The notes below the pieces were generated by a model. It made no database searches. It was not told the DNA's origin and saw only the letters and a list, made by a program, of their open reading frames with translations. A stretch of 64,000 nucleotides of DNA. It comes from Patescibacteria group bacterium. Lineage in GTDB: Bacteria; Patescibacteriota; Patescibacteriia; Patescibacteriales; UBA12465. Positions 43,401 through 52,733 of this stretch are shown here, piece by piece. Where the stretch lies: contig JBAZNJ010000001.1 of the NCBI GenBank assembly GCA_041649315.1, forward strand, positions 133,869 through 197,868, written 5' to 3'. Position 1 is the stretch's first letter, and each line of letters opens with the position of its first letter. Both the position numbers and the translations under genes were made by a program.

Positions 43401-45639
43401 CCTCGCCGGCTTCGGATAATTTCGGTTTAACCGTTAATTCGTCTCGGCAAGTATCCCCACAAGAATCACCGCTACAAGAACAGGATGTCGTATATTTTAA
43501 ATTAACCGTGCCATTGCCATCCGTGGCCGCCATCTGGCCGTCCGAGACTGTTGGTGAATCACTGCTTTTATTATTATGTACAATCTCTAAATCATGGTTG
43601 ACTAAAGGCGTCCCCTCGAAAAAACTGGTTTTAATTTCGTAATTAACGCTATCTCCGGCAAAAACCGCTTGAGCACTCGGGGCTACTTTTATCTGATAGG
43701 CCGGCTTGATGTAATCTTGGACTATAATATAGCGGCCGGAATAAAGCTCCTTGTCATCAAGCCGAATATCAACCCGGTAATTGCGCGGGATTAAATTATT
43801 AAATTTCAAGCTGCCGATAAAAAACCCCTGGCTGTCAATTTTTGCTTTCTGTTCCACGACGATTATCGGCTCCTGATAAATATCCCAAAAACTATCATTG
43901 ACTAAGCGAACCGTGACTTCCTTATCGGCCGTGGCTACGACATCAGATCGCGACCGAACAAAACCCCAAAAATTTATTTCATCGGTCGGCTGGTATAAAT
44001 CGCGGTCGGTATATAAATAACTCCAATAATTATCCGGGTTGTTCGCGCCATCCGAACGATAATCCGGCGGAACGCTCACCACCAAATTCTTTCCGGCCGC
44101 TTCGATCAAAAATAGAGAAGTTTTCTCATCTTGATAATCAAATTTTAGAACGGCAACGCCACTGGCGTCGGCCGAAGCGCTAGTCTTAGTTCCTAAATTA
44201 CTAACTTTAGCCGGAGATTTTTTATCCAATCCGATGTCGTTAATCCAAAACAGTACCTCGTCGTTAATGACTGTCGTATAGGCGGAAACATCGCTCACCT
44301 GAACGAAAATCCAGCTATGATTATCGCCGATGGCCGCTTCGACCAGGTAGAAACCAGCCGGCAAGCGATTAGGCAAAACCAGATAATTTCCCCGATCATT
44401 ACTGGCCAGGGGCAGATTATAAGTGGCGGCTAAAGACAAACCGGAATAATTTATTTCCGCGCAACGACGAGCGCTGGCAGCCCAGCTCGGAATCTCGTAA
44501 TATTTTTCCAAAGCGGCCGTGAAAGCGTCTAAGCTCTGATAATTATAAACTTTAACAGCGGCTAATTGCTCTGCTTGTTTATTGCGGGCATAAACAGAAA
44601 AAGCCGGATTTTGTTCGGTGGCAAACTCAACTAAATCATCGGCAAAATTTATAGTCGTTGCCGGCGCTTCTTCTTCCCGGACTTCAAATTGAAAACGATA
44701 AGCTTCCGATAAATTTTCACCGGTCGCTAAATCGTTAACCGACGGCGCGACCGTTACAGTATAAAGCGTTCCGGGATTAAGCGACTGTTTCGGAACGAAA
44801 ACCATGGTCTGCCGGTGTTTCTCAAAAGCCCCTTCAACCGCCGGAGTAATATTAAAAGCCGTCTCAAAACCGGTAAAATTTTCCGTACTAAAATTTATCT
44901 CAATGCCGGTATTGGCCAGCGCGCTTGTCCGATCGGCCGGAAGCGAGCCGGTAATTTTAAATTTATTTTTTACCTGAAAGGCCCAAGAATAAAGATGATC
45001 GACCGTTAGGCCTTGATCGTTAACATAGGCGGAAGCGATAGTCAGGCGATAAACGACTTTATCCACTAACCCGTCTTTAGGAATTAATCTAAATTCGTAT
45101 TCATTAACCGCCGTTAAATCAAACTCCGTCGCCGGCGACAATTTAATATTAGCGCGCAGAGAATCAAGATCTTTAATCGCGGTTTTACTCTTAATAACAA
45201 AATGGGTATTGGCTTCAACGCCAAATTCACCCCCGGCCGTCGCTTCAACGGAAAAATTATCGCGCGCGTAGGCGGTCTCGACCGTAAACGGCGAAAATCC
45301 GCTTTGCGGCCAAAACTTAACCGCCGTGATAATAACGGCAAGTATCACCACTAAAGCCAGGGCCGGCGCTAAACGACGGACATTAAAGCGGGAAAACCAG
45401 GCCTCCCAGATTTTTGCAATTTTATCTTTCATAGAAAAAGTTTTGGCTTGGCGTCGCGCTAAAATTTCCATCCGCAAGCGGTCTTGGAAATCAACAGTCG
45501 GCGCTAAGTCCTTAGAAACGGAGCTCTTAATCTTGTCTCCTGCTTCTAATAACGCCGAAATCTCCGGATCATTACACTCCGACGGCGCTTGTCCGGCGGC
45601 TAAAGCGGCGGCTAATAATTTTGCTTTTTCTTTATTCAT
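40495..45639 (-). CDS. Anti-sigma-like N-terminus + TM + alpha-2-macroglobulin-like giant ectodomain (no thioester motif)
   Basis: Start taken at ATG 45639 (MNKEKAKLL), overlapping the sigma gene stop by 8 nt. TM LAPALALVVILAVIITAV. A2M hallmarks YTDRDLYQPTDEINFWGFV, DKDEYRPGDEATLNISV...VSAVDLAL and FPDLALFTQVETDQSGRATVKFQLPDNITSWQMSV. HGYGARVDQ stands where CGEQ is expected. Confidence 0.8.
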   Translation of the reverse strand: MNKEKAKLLAAALAAGQAPSECNDPEISALLEAGDKIKSSVSKDLAPTVDFQDRLRMEILARRQAKTFSMKDKIAKIWEAWFSRFNVRRLAPALALVVILAVIITAVKFWPQSGFSPFTVETAYARDNFSVEATAGGEFGVEANTHFVIKSKTAIKDLDSLRANIKLSPATEFDLTAVNEYEFRLIPKDGLVDKVVYRLTIASAYVNDQGLTVDHLYSWAFQVKNKFKITGSLPADRTSALANTGIEINFSTENFTGFETAFNITPAVEGAFEKHRQTMVFVPKQSLNPGTLYTVTVAPSVNDLATGENLSEAYRFQFEVREEEAPATTINFADDLVEFATEQNPAFSVYARNKQAEQLAAVKVYNYQSLDAFTAALEKYYEIPSWAASARRCAEINYSGLSLAATYNLPLASNDRGNYLVLPNRLPAGFYLVEAAIGDNHSWIFVQVSDVSAYTTVINDEVLFWINDIGLDKKSPAKVSNLGTKTSASADASGVAVLKFDYQDEKTSLFLIEAAGKNLVVSVPPDYRSDGANNPDNYWSYLYTDRDLYQPTDEINFWGFVRSRSDVVATADKEVTVRLVNDSFWDIYQEPIIVVEQKAKIDSQGFFIGSLKFNNLIPRNYRVDIRLDDKELYSGRYIIVQDYIKPAYQIKVAPSAQAVFAGDSVNYEIKTSFFEGTPLVNHDLEIVHNNKSSDSPTVSDGQMAATDGNGTVNLKYTTSCSCSGDSCGDTCRDELTVKPKLSEAGEVYGSADVRVFRTRIRFDNASINRVGQENKVQIKTELFNVDLNKAEDDWNGAPAAGKVVTVKITAIEYIPRQTGTYYDFINKVSYPIYRYDQKKTALPDRSFATGADGTGSLVFDVDPKYYYEIKLLAGDQYNNITNDNLYFNASQSINDPRFDYYNLVEETPYKKSYDIDEKVKLEVKRYGTETITDAGRFLYLRLQNGLRDYQVSDSSKFSFNYAADDIPNIYVVATWFDGRTYHADNGFSAFFNQEKRKLDIAIKTDKDEYRPGDEATLNISVKDQAGRDVRARINVSAVDLALAPLGGIPESDPLSGLYRALSSGHLFSKYSHKNVLLGGGAERGGGGSGERSYFPDLALFTQVETDQSGRATVKFQLPDNITSWQMSVQGISGDLEAGVAKTQLKATLPFFVETNLSKQYLAGDEPIIKATAYGDDLVAADKIQAYLEAPALGAARVDQEAKAFRPIYFNLNRVSAGTYKLKIGAASQNNQDTVVNEISVIDSRLSERHQIVSEIKTGDKIAGAEDSWTTITLMDNNRGRYYSELLGLSHGYGARVDQKLSALIATDLMNEYFSAATEPTDADLKIYQTATGGISLLPYSDADLRISVLAAMAKPEAFDSQALAGYLYSVYNNRDANRDELALALSGLAALNEPVLISLREFSRLSDLGPLDKLYLALGARLIGDNQLAQKIYDELLAAYGEKFNAYSRLKINDKNNDDNFLATVLAAILAAGLDDDRAENFRNYVVDNRPTDILGNLEQLLYLRLMIPNIPSGKAEFSLKIANQEINKTLGRGESFQFLVGPEQLPTLEIKVISGQIAAVSDYDARADLTKQSQEVGLERSYWNKGKLSNDFQEGDIVEVRIKSRFSGTAPDGLYEITDILPSGLKLISNTYRYGLEADCGIRYPYEVSGQKVKFIVDKNWNKDPRCQKDYFSYFARISQPGKYIAESALIQSVKIADLKSFSSAGQIEIHQR

Positions 45640-46201
45640 ATTTTTGATAGATTGCTCGAAAACGCTTAAGCGCGCGAAAAAGCCAAACTCCGACATTGTT
45701 CGGCTTAATGCCCAGGGATTGCGCGATTTCAATATTATCCAATTCGGCAAAAAATTTAAGCTGTAAAATCTGTTGATCGCGTGACGACAAACTGGCCATA
45801 GTTTTTTCTACAATAGCCCGATTAAGCGAGCGGATTGAATCGGCCTGCGGATCTTGGCATTCATCGCTCGGCTCAGTAATATTTTCAATGTTAACCGTCG
45901 CGCGCCGACCCTGACCGCGATAATAATCGATCAATTTATTATTAGCAATTCGATAAAGCCAAGCGGCGAAAGAATAATCGTTCTTCGGCCGAAAAGTCCT
46001 AAGATTCGTAAAAACTTTTAAAAAAATAGCGGAAACAATATCTTCCGCCGCTTCTTTTTGCCCGACCCGCTTTATAATAAAAAAATATATCTTCGGGAAA
46101 TAAAAATCATACAAGACCGCGAAAGAACGGTCATCGGTTTTAGCTTGTTCCACGATCATGTTTTCGTTTATTAATTTATCCGACAAAATTTGGCCTTCCA
46201 T
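45632..46201 (-). CDS. ECF-type sigma-70 family RNA polymerase sigma factor
   Basis: 189-aa ORF. Region 2 AAEDIVSAIFLKVF...FAAWLYRIANNKLIDYYRG and region 4 LSSRDQQILQLKFFAELDNIEIAQSLGIKPNNVGVWLFRALKRF. Confidence 0.9.
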   Translation of the reverse strand: MEGQILSDKLINENMIVEQAKTDDRSFAVLYDFYFPKIYFFIIKRVGQKEAAEDIVSAIFLKVFTNLRTFRPKNDYSFAAWLYRIANNKLIDYYRGQGRRATVNIENITEPSDECQDPQADSIRSLNRAIVEKTMASLSSRDQQILQLKFFAELDNIEIAQSLGIKPNNVGVWLFRALKRFRAIYQKYE

Positions 46202-46264
46202 ATATAATAACGATAAATAACCTTAAACATTACAACTTAATAGACTCTATTTCCATTAATAAGT

Positions 46265-47374
46265 CTAAATATCCAATTCCTCAAGCAATTTCTTTTGTTG
46301 ACGGCTTAAGCCGTCCGGAATCTTGACGATAATTCTCACGAATTGATCCCCGAGACCGCGCTGATGCAATTTACTGATCCCCTTTTCTCTTAATTTAAAA
46401 ACCGTTCCGGATTGGGTTCCTTCCGGAATTTTTAATTTCACCGGGCCATGAATCGTTTCCACCTCAATCTTATCGCCCAAAATCGCTTGTTTAATATTTA
46501 TCGTTTCTTCGGTTCTAATATCATAGTCGTCGCGGATAAATTTTTTATGGCTACCAACTTTCACGCGCAGATATAAATCGCCGGCCGGCGCGCCCTTGGC
46601 TCCGGCTTCGCCCTGGCCGCTCAAACGAATTGATTCGCCGTCGCTGATTCCGGCCGGAATCTTGACTTTTATTTTAACCGCTTCATGGCGAATACCGGCA
46701 CCGCCGCATTGCCCGCATTTCTGAGTATAAATTTTCCCTTCACCGCCGCAAGCTGTACATTCGGACTGCATCTGAATATTGCCTAAAATCGTCCGCTGAA
46801 GACGAGAAACGCGACCGGAACCGCCGCAAGTTTTACAAGTTTCTATTTTAGCGCCCGGTTCGGCGCCTGTGCCGCCGCAATGACCGCAAACTACATTCTT
46901 AGAAAATTTTAATTCTTTTTCTAAGCCGAAAGCCGCTTGTAGAAAATCCAAATTTACTTTCATCTCCAAATCACGGCCACGTGTTGTCCGGCGAGAAGAA
47001 CTGCCACGGGACGAGCCACCACCGAAGCCGAAAATATCACCGAAGCCGCCGAACATATCGCCCAAATCTTCAAAATCAACATTAAAACCTTGGCCGCCCT
47101 GAAAACCGGAAAAACCGGAAAATCCCTGGCCAAAACCGCCGAAACCGCCGCCGCCGGCCTGGCCGTTCTGGAACGCTGAACCGAATTGATCGTATTGCTG
47201 GCGCTTTTGCGGATTGCTTAAAACCTGATAGGCCTCATTGGCTTCTTTGAATTGCGCTTCGTCGCCGCCTTTATCCGGATGATGCTCATGCGCTTTCTTG
47301 CGAAAAGCGGTTTTGATATCAGCGGCGCTGGCGTCTTTAGACACGCCTAAAATATTGTAATAGTCTTTGGACAT
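46265..47374 (-). CDS. dnaJ: Chaperone DnaJ
   Basis: 369-aa ORF. J-domain DYYNILGV...HPDK, G/F region and four CxxCxGxG zinc motifs. Confidence 0.97.
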   Translation of the reverse strand: MSKDYYNILGVSKDASAADIKTAFRKKAHEHHPDKGGDEAQFKEANEAYQVLSNPQKRQQYDQFGSAFQNGQAGGGGFGGFGQGFSGFSGFQGGQGFNVDFEDLGDMFGGFGDIFGFGGGSSRGSSSRRTTRGRDLEMKVNLDFLQAAFGLEKELKFSKNVVCGHCGGTGAEPGAKIETCKTCGGSGRVSRLQRTILGNIQMQSECTACGGEGKIYTQKCGQCGGAGIRHEAVKIKVKIPAGISDGESIRLSGQGEAGAKGAPAGDLYLRVKVGSHKKFIRDDYDIRTEETINIKQAILGDKIEVETIHGPVKLKIPEGTQSGTVFKLREKGISKLHQRGLGDQFVRIIVKIPDGLSRQQKKLLEELDI

Positions 47375-47406
47375 AATTAATTTAAAGATGGCGCTAATGA
47401 GATAGT

Positions 47407-48177
47407 TTAACTTAAAGATTTAATCCACTTATCCATAACAGAATAAATTTCTTTTAAATGTTCCTCGTCGCGAAAAGTATGGGGAGCGGCTTTAACTATA
47501 TAGAGCTCTTTTTTATCTGCCGGGATGGCTTTGAATAAAATTTCTTGGTGCGCGGGGGGGCAGGACTCATCAAACTCGCCGACGATTATAATAGTCGGCA
47601 TAGTTAATTTTTCTGCTTTTTCTAATAAATTATATTTTAAACGATCTTCCATGTGCGACCATTTCAATTTTTTCTCTAAACCGCTACTATAACCAATTGT
47701 TGTTCGCCAACCGCTTTTCTCCCAAGCCGCCATTTCTTCCGGATTATGTACCGCGAAAGATAACTCACCGGAAACCACGGGAGCAATCGGCGCCAAAGCC
47801 TTTATTTCCTCCGGATAATTCTCGGCATATAAAGCCGTACATATCCCGCCTAAACTATGGCCGCATAAAATAAACGGTTCTTGATAAAAATTTTGTTTCT
47901 TTGACCAGGCAATAACATCTTCCAGATCTTCGTAATAATTAGTCGTCGTAGCGTCGCTATAATTACCGTCACTTTCGCCGAAAGTATTGGTTGTATCAAA
48001 ACTGATAACTGTATAATTATTATCCAAAAAACTTCTGATGAAGGCACGGATGTGTGGCTGTTCCTTAAACCCTCCTAATCCATGCATCACAAAAGCCAGC
48101 CCGATCGGCTTTTCCGGTTTTTCAACTAAGACACAAATTTTCTTATCATGGCGATTTTTGATGAAGAGTTTTTGCAT
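47407..48177 (-). CDS. Alpha/beta-fold hydrolase
   Basis: 256-aa ORF. MHGLGG oxyanion region and nucleophile elbow GHSLGG. Confidence 0.8.
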   Translation of the reverse strand: MQKLFIKNRHDKKICVLVEKPEKPIGLAFVMHGLGGFKEQPHIRAFIRSFLDNNYTVISFDTTNTFGESDGNYSDATTTNYYEDLEDVIAWSKKQNFYQEPFILCGHSLGGICTALYAENYPEEIKALAPIAPVVSGELSFAVHNPEEMAAWEKSGWRTTIGYSSGLEKKLKWSHMEDRLKYNLLEKAEKLTMPTIIIVGEFDESCPPAHQEILFKAIPADKKELYIVKAAPHTFRDEEHLKEIYSVMDKWIKSLS

Positions 48178-48211
48178 AAATTAATAAACTAATACCATGC
48201 TGCCGGAAGCA

Positions 48212-48240
48212 TTGACACTGAATAAACGATAATATATACT
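48212..48240 (+). promoter_or_regulatory. Near-consensus plus-strand promoter TTGACA-17-TATACT
   Basis: TTGACA at 48212-48217 and TATACT at 48235-48240, in a gap flanked by minus-strand genes. Confidence 0.45.
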
Positions 48241-48246
48241 ATAAAT

Positions 48247-48304
48247 GTAGTTAGAAATAGCTACATTGATTCTAAAGCTTGGGGGTCCCTGCGGGATCCT
48301 TTTT
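48247..48304 (+). ncRNA. Candidate ~58-nt sRNA (two hairpins, the second a terminator)
   Basis: Hairpin ATGTAG-N10-CTACAT (48245-48266). Terminator GGGTCCC-TGC-GGGATCC (48283-48299) followed by T5. The reverse strand has no U-tract. Confidence 0.3.
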
Positions 48305-48420
48305 GCGTTTTAGACTATCATTTCCTTGGATAAACAAATATTTTCTCTGATTCTAAATCCTCTCCGAAAATTTTTTGGCGAGTATTTCTAATCTGGCTGT
48401 TTTTGGAACAAACATATATA

Positions 48421-49635
48421 TTAAATTCGATTATTCTTACAAATATCCGCATAGAATCGCGCCGACGGTCGCGCCTTCCGTTCATATGTCTGATAATCTA
48501 TCTCGTATAATCCGAAGCGCGGACGAAAGCCTTCAGCCCATTCGAAATTATCGATTAGCGACCAATGAAAATATCCTTTGACGTCCGTCCCCTCACTGAT
48601 CGCCCGATGGACATTTTTCAAAATTTCCGTAATATACCAGGCGCGATGCTGGTCGCCGCGGTCGGCTAAGCCGTTTTCGGTGATATAAATCGGCAAAGCG
48701 TATTTTTTCAAATCTTTCAATAAATGATAAATTCCTTCCGGATGCAGGCCCCATTCAATATCTGATTTCTTCTTATAAGAGAATTGGCCGTTGAAACCAT
48801 AGTTAACGAAATTATGGAAATAATAATTCAGGCCGATAAAATCCTGATGGCTCTTGATCTTATTTAAAAAACGATAGTTCCACCACCAGTCGGCGACCAC
48901 TTTCAAAACACGATTGACGAAAGCGTTGTTGCCGGCTTCAAAATAGATATTATGCTTCGCGATGCCGACCTGATTCCCCGCGTCGATATTTTTTAAAACG
49001 CCGTAAGCCACGCGATGCGCCGCGGCCAGATTATTTATAACGCGCCAAAGCGCGAAGGGGTTGCACTTTTGCGGCGGCCATTCGCCGACCAGATAGCTTT
49101 GCGAAGCATAGACCATCGGCTCATTAAGCGTGATCCAGAAATTTACTTCTGTATTAAAATAAGCTGCGACTTTCTCGGTAAATCTCTTAAAATAACCTAC
49201 TATCTCGCGATTCTCCCAGCCGCCCCTGTCGCGAAGCCAGAGAGGTAAAGGCCAGTGCCAAAGCGTCACGAAGGGCTCGACGCCCTGTGCCCGCAGTTTC
49301 TTGATGAAATCTTTATAATATTCCAGAGCCGCGGTGCTGAATTTCCCTTCTTCCGGTTCAATCCGCGACCAGTCCACGGAAAAACGATAGGCATTCGCGT
49401 TCAATTCTTTTAGACAGGCGATATCAGCATTATTTTCAATATAGGAATTAACCGCCGTACCCGATATGAAATCCAAAGGATCAAGCTGCTTCTTGGCTAA
49501 ATCCGCCAAACGCCGCGGCGACTTCTCCCATTCGGTCCAATCGTTTACCAAGCCGCCTTCGACCTGATGCGCCGAAGTCGCGCAACCCCAGAAGAATTGC
49601 GGCGGAAAGATTAGATCTGTCTTTTCGTTAGGCAT
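48421..49635 (-). CDS. GH1 beta-glucosidase
   Basis: 404-aa ORF. FFWGCATSAHQVEGG, acid/base TLNEP, nucleophile YITENG. Confidence 0.93.
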   Translation of the reverse strand: MPNEKTDLIFPPQFFWGCATSAHQVEGGLVNDWTEWEKSPRRLADLAKKQLDPLDFISGTAVNSYIENNADIACLKELNANAYRFSVDWSRIEPEEGKFSTAALEYYKDFIKKLRAQGVEPFVTLWHWPLPLWLRDRGGWENREIVGYFKRFTEKVAAYFNTEVNFWITLNEPMVYASQSYLVGEWPPQKCNPFALWRVINNLAAAHRVAYGVLKNIDAGNQVGIAKHNIYFEAGNNAFVNRVLKVVADWWWNYRFLNKIKSHQDFIGLNYYFHNFVNYGFNGQFSYKKKSDIEWGLHPEGIYHLLKDLKKYALPIYITENGLADRGDQHRAWYITEILKNVHRAISEGTDVKGYFHWSLIDNFEWAEGFRPRFGLYEIDYQTYERKARPSARFYADICKNNRI

Positions 49636-49660
49636 ATTACTAGACTGTGTACTTACTTAT

Positions 49661-50710
49661 TTATTCCTCATTTCCCTTGCTCCCCAGCTCCTCGCACAAT
49701 TCGACGCTAATTTCTTTCAGCGCTGCTTCTAACTCGGCGGTATTAACTATCTGACGGACCTTATTATGAATAGCAAAAGTGCCGCGATGCTTGGCCGTGA
49801 AAGTATCTTCCGGCAAATCAACGACTTTCGACTGTTTATCGCCAGCTAAAACCAGCCGCCCTCTCTTAATATAAGACTTCACTAAATTTATCACCGATTT
49901 ATCATCATAACTAGCCAACAAAGTTTTCAGGGCCTCCCGAACGCTGCCCATATCATCCTCGGAACGACGGAATTCTTCCGCGCCGATGTTGACTAAGAGT
50001 TCTAAAATATCAGTCGCCTTATTATTCTTTTCGCTGACCGTCGCGGCTTTGTCCTTATTAAAAACAATATCCGGCAGATTTAGAATCGGTTCGCTCACCC
50101 GACCGCCCTCTTGCTTCTTAAAAATAATATCGCCGCTCACTAATTCGCCAATAGCGCCATGCGCGTCATGAATCTGCCTTATATACTTGCCCGTTTCGGC
50201 CAGGGCCTGAAAACGATCCAAGTCTTTGACTTTCTCGCTATCAATTAAGTCAGAGCGATAGACATCCTGCAGTGGCACGCCATGACGGAATAAATCCTGG
50301 TCTTTTATCTCTATCCCTTTTTCATGCAGACCATAAGTATTTTCTAAGCCGAGGCGCTGGACATTCTCGAAAATTTCTTCCTTACTGCCGCGATATTTTT
50401 TCGCGCCCGGCGCCAAGAATTTGAAAAATAATCTCGGATCGCGGCGAAAGAAGGCGCCCATATCTTTCACGAGATGATCGTCGAAAGTCCGAAAGATAGC
50501 ATCGCCCCATTTGTCGATCTTAGAAACTAAGCCGGAATTATCCCAAACCATCTTACCCTCTTCCGTCTTCATCTTGCCGCCATAGACGCCGAGCGTACTC
50601 TTATAATCTTCATTCGGGAAACCGGACTCATACATCGTCTCGTTAATCTTGTCGGTCAATTTATCGACTTTAGGAGTAAATTTTTGAAACTCCGGATTTT
50701 CAAAGCTCAT
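49661..50710 (-). CDS. Hypothetical cytoplasmic protein, unknown function
   Basis: 349-aa ORF directly downstream of dnaK. No confident motif; HDAHGAIGELVSGDIIF only faintly recalls kinase-like catalytic loops. Confidence 0.5.
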   Translation of the reverse strand: MSFENPEFQKFTPKVDKLTDKINETMYESGFPNEDYKSTLGVYGGKMKTEEGKMVWDNSGLVSKIDKWGDAIFRTFDDHLVKDMGAFFRRDPRLFFKFLAPGAKKYRGSKEEIFENVQRLGLENTYGLHEKGIEIKDQDLFRHGVPLQDVYRSDLIDSEKVKDLDRFQALAETGKYIRQIHDAHGAIGELVSGDIIFKKQEGGRVSEPILNLPDIVFNKDKAATVSEKNNKATDILELLVNIGAEEFRRSEDDMGSVREALKTLLASYDDKSVINLVKSYIKRGRLVLAGDKQSKVVDLPEDTFTAKHRGTFAIHNKVRQIVNTAELEAALKEISVELCEELGSKGNEE

Positions 50711-50776
50711 AAAATTAAATTTAATTTATATTTGCCAATCAGCCACCCAAACGCCAGGCGGCTGATAAAATCTAAA

Positions 50777-52720
50777 TTACTTCTTCTCCTCAACCTCTCC
50801 CTCAACAACATTATCATCTTTCTTTTTGGTTTCAGTTTCGTTAGCTTCCGTCCTCTCAGTTGCTCCTGATTCCGCACCGGCCGCACCGGCCTGCTCCGCG
50901 CCCGGGACTCCTCCCGCGCCCGGCTGTTGATACATGGCCGCGCCAATCTTTTGCGCGATCGTATTTATCTCCTCCATTTTCTTTTTCATCTCTTCAAGAT
51001 TTCCGGATTCTTTGGCTTTCTTTAATTCCGCGTTTTTATCTTCTAACTCTTTCTTGTCTTCAGGTTTCATTTTATCGCCCGATTCTTTTATCATCTTTTC
51101 CATAGTAAAACTCACGGCGTCGGCCTGATTTTTTATTTCCGCTTCTTCTTTCTTTTTCTTATCTTCTTCAGAATGAAGTTCGGCTTCTTTTTTCATTTTT
51201 TCAATTTCCTCTTTAGATAAACCGGACGAAGCGGTAATGGTAATCTTCTGCTGTTTATTGGTCGCCTTATCGGTCGCGGAAACATTTAAAATTCCGTTGG
51301 CATCGAGATCGAATTTAACTTCAACCTGTGGCACCCCACGCGGCGCAGCCGGAATACCGTCTAAAGTAAAATGGCCTAAAGTCTTATTATCACTAGCCAT
51401 CGGACGATCACCCTGGACCACATGAATTTCAACCGCGGTCTGGCCATCGGCGGCCGTGGAGAAAACCTGGGACTTCGAGGTCGGAATGGTTGTGTTGCGT
51501 TCAATAAGAGGAGTCGCGACGCCGCCTAAGGTTTCAATCCCTAAAGTTAAAGGCGTAACATCTAATAATAAAACATCTTTAACGTCGCCTTGTAAAACGC
51601 CAGCCTGAACGGCCGCGCCCATAGCCACAACTTCATCCGGATTAACGGTTAGATTCGGTTCCTTACCAAAAAATTCTTTAACCTTTTGTAAAACCAAAGG
51701 CATACGAGTCATGCCGCCAACCATAACCACTTCCTCAATATCTTTAATAGAATATCCAGCATCGGCCAAGGCCTTCTTACAAGGCTCAATTGTTTTTTCC
51801 ACCAGGTCCATCACTAAAGATTCTAATTTCGCCCGAGAAATTTTCATGACCAAATGCTTCGGCCCATTGGCGTCAGTCGTGATAAAGGGCTGATTGATTT
51901 CTGTCTCAGCCGCCGTCGATAATTCAATTTTCGCTTTTTCAGCCGATTCTTTTATCCGCTGCAAAGCCAAAGTATCTTTTGATAAATCAATTCCTTGATC
52001 TTTCTTAAATTCTTCTAAAATCCAATTGATAATCCGCTGGTCAAAATCCTCGCCGCCTAAATGCGTGTCGCCGTTGGTCGCCTTAACCTCAACCGTGTCC
52101 GCGGAAATATCAAGGACGGAAACGTCAAAAGTTCCGCCGCCCAAATCGTAAACAACAATCTGCTGACCCGCCTTCTTATCAAACCCATAAGCCAGCGCGG
52201 CTGCGGTCGGTTCGTTAATAATGCGTTTTACGTCTAGCCCGGCAATCGTGCCGGCGTCTTTAGTCGCCTGACGTTGCGAGTCGTTAAAATAAGCCGGAAC
52301 CGTAATAATCGCTTCGGTAATTTTCTCGCCGATCTTCGCTTCTGCGTCCGCCTTTAATTTAGATAAAATCATGGCAGAAATTTCCTGCGGACTATAATCC
52401 TTATCGCCCATCTTCACTTTAACGCCTTCGCCGGCCTGTAAAATCTGATAAGGCGCGGTTTTAAGATCCCGCTGGACTTCGTCTTCGGAAAAATGGCGGC
52501 CGATCAAACGCTTGACCGCGTAAACCGTGTTAGTCGGATTGATAACCGCCTGGCGTTTCGCGGCCTGACCGACAATGCGCTCGTTATTCTTGGAAATCGC
52601 CACGACCGACGGGGTCGTGCGGTTGCCTTCAATGTTCTCAACAATCTTCGGCGCCCCGCCTTCCATAATCGCCATGGCGGAATTAGTGGTGCCGAGATCA
52701 ATTCCTAAAATTTTTGACAT
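50777..52720 (-). CDS. dnaK: Chaperone DnaK (Hsp70)
   Basis: 647-aa [36 protein letters not shown]. Confidence 0.98.
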   Translation of the reverse strand: MSKILGIDLGTTNSAMAIMEGGAPKIVENIEGNRTTPSVVAISKNNERIVGQAAKRQAVINPTNTVYAVKRLIGRHFSEDEVQRDLKTAPYQILQAGEGVKVKMGDKDYSPQEISAMILSKLKADAEAKIGEKITEAIITVPAYFNDSQRQATKDAGTIAGLDVKRIINEPTAAALAYGFDKKAGQQIVVYDLGGGTFDVSVLDISADTVEVKATNGDTHLGGEDFDQRIINWILEEFKKDQGIDLSKDTLALQRIKESAEKAKIELSTAAETEINQPFITTDANGPKHLVMKISRAKLESLVMDLVEKTIEPCKKALADAGYSIKDIEEVVMVGGMTRMPLVLQKVKEFFGKEPNLTVNPDEVVAMGAAVQAGVLQGDVKDVLLLDVTPLTLGIETLGGVATPLIERNTTIPTSKSQVFSTAADGQTAVEIHVVQGDRPMASDNKTLGHFTLDGIPAAPRGVPQVEVKFDLDANGILNVSATDKATNKQQKITITASSGLSKEEIEKMKKEAELHSEEDKKKKEEAEIKNQADAVSFTMEKMIKESGDKMKPEDKKELEDKNAELKKAKESGNLEEMKKKMEEINTIAQKIGAAMYQQPGAGGVPGAEQAGAAGAESGATERTEANETETKKKDDNVVEGEVEEKK

Positions 52721-52733
52721 ATTTTTTTATTTA

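Noticed and set aside
45640-45750. 37-codon N-terminal extension of the giant ORF (MPNWIILKSRNPW...).
   Set aside because: It overlaps the sigma-factor coding region in another frame. The ATG at 45639, with the ATGAATAA stop-start overlap, is the classic coupled start.
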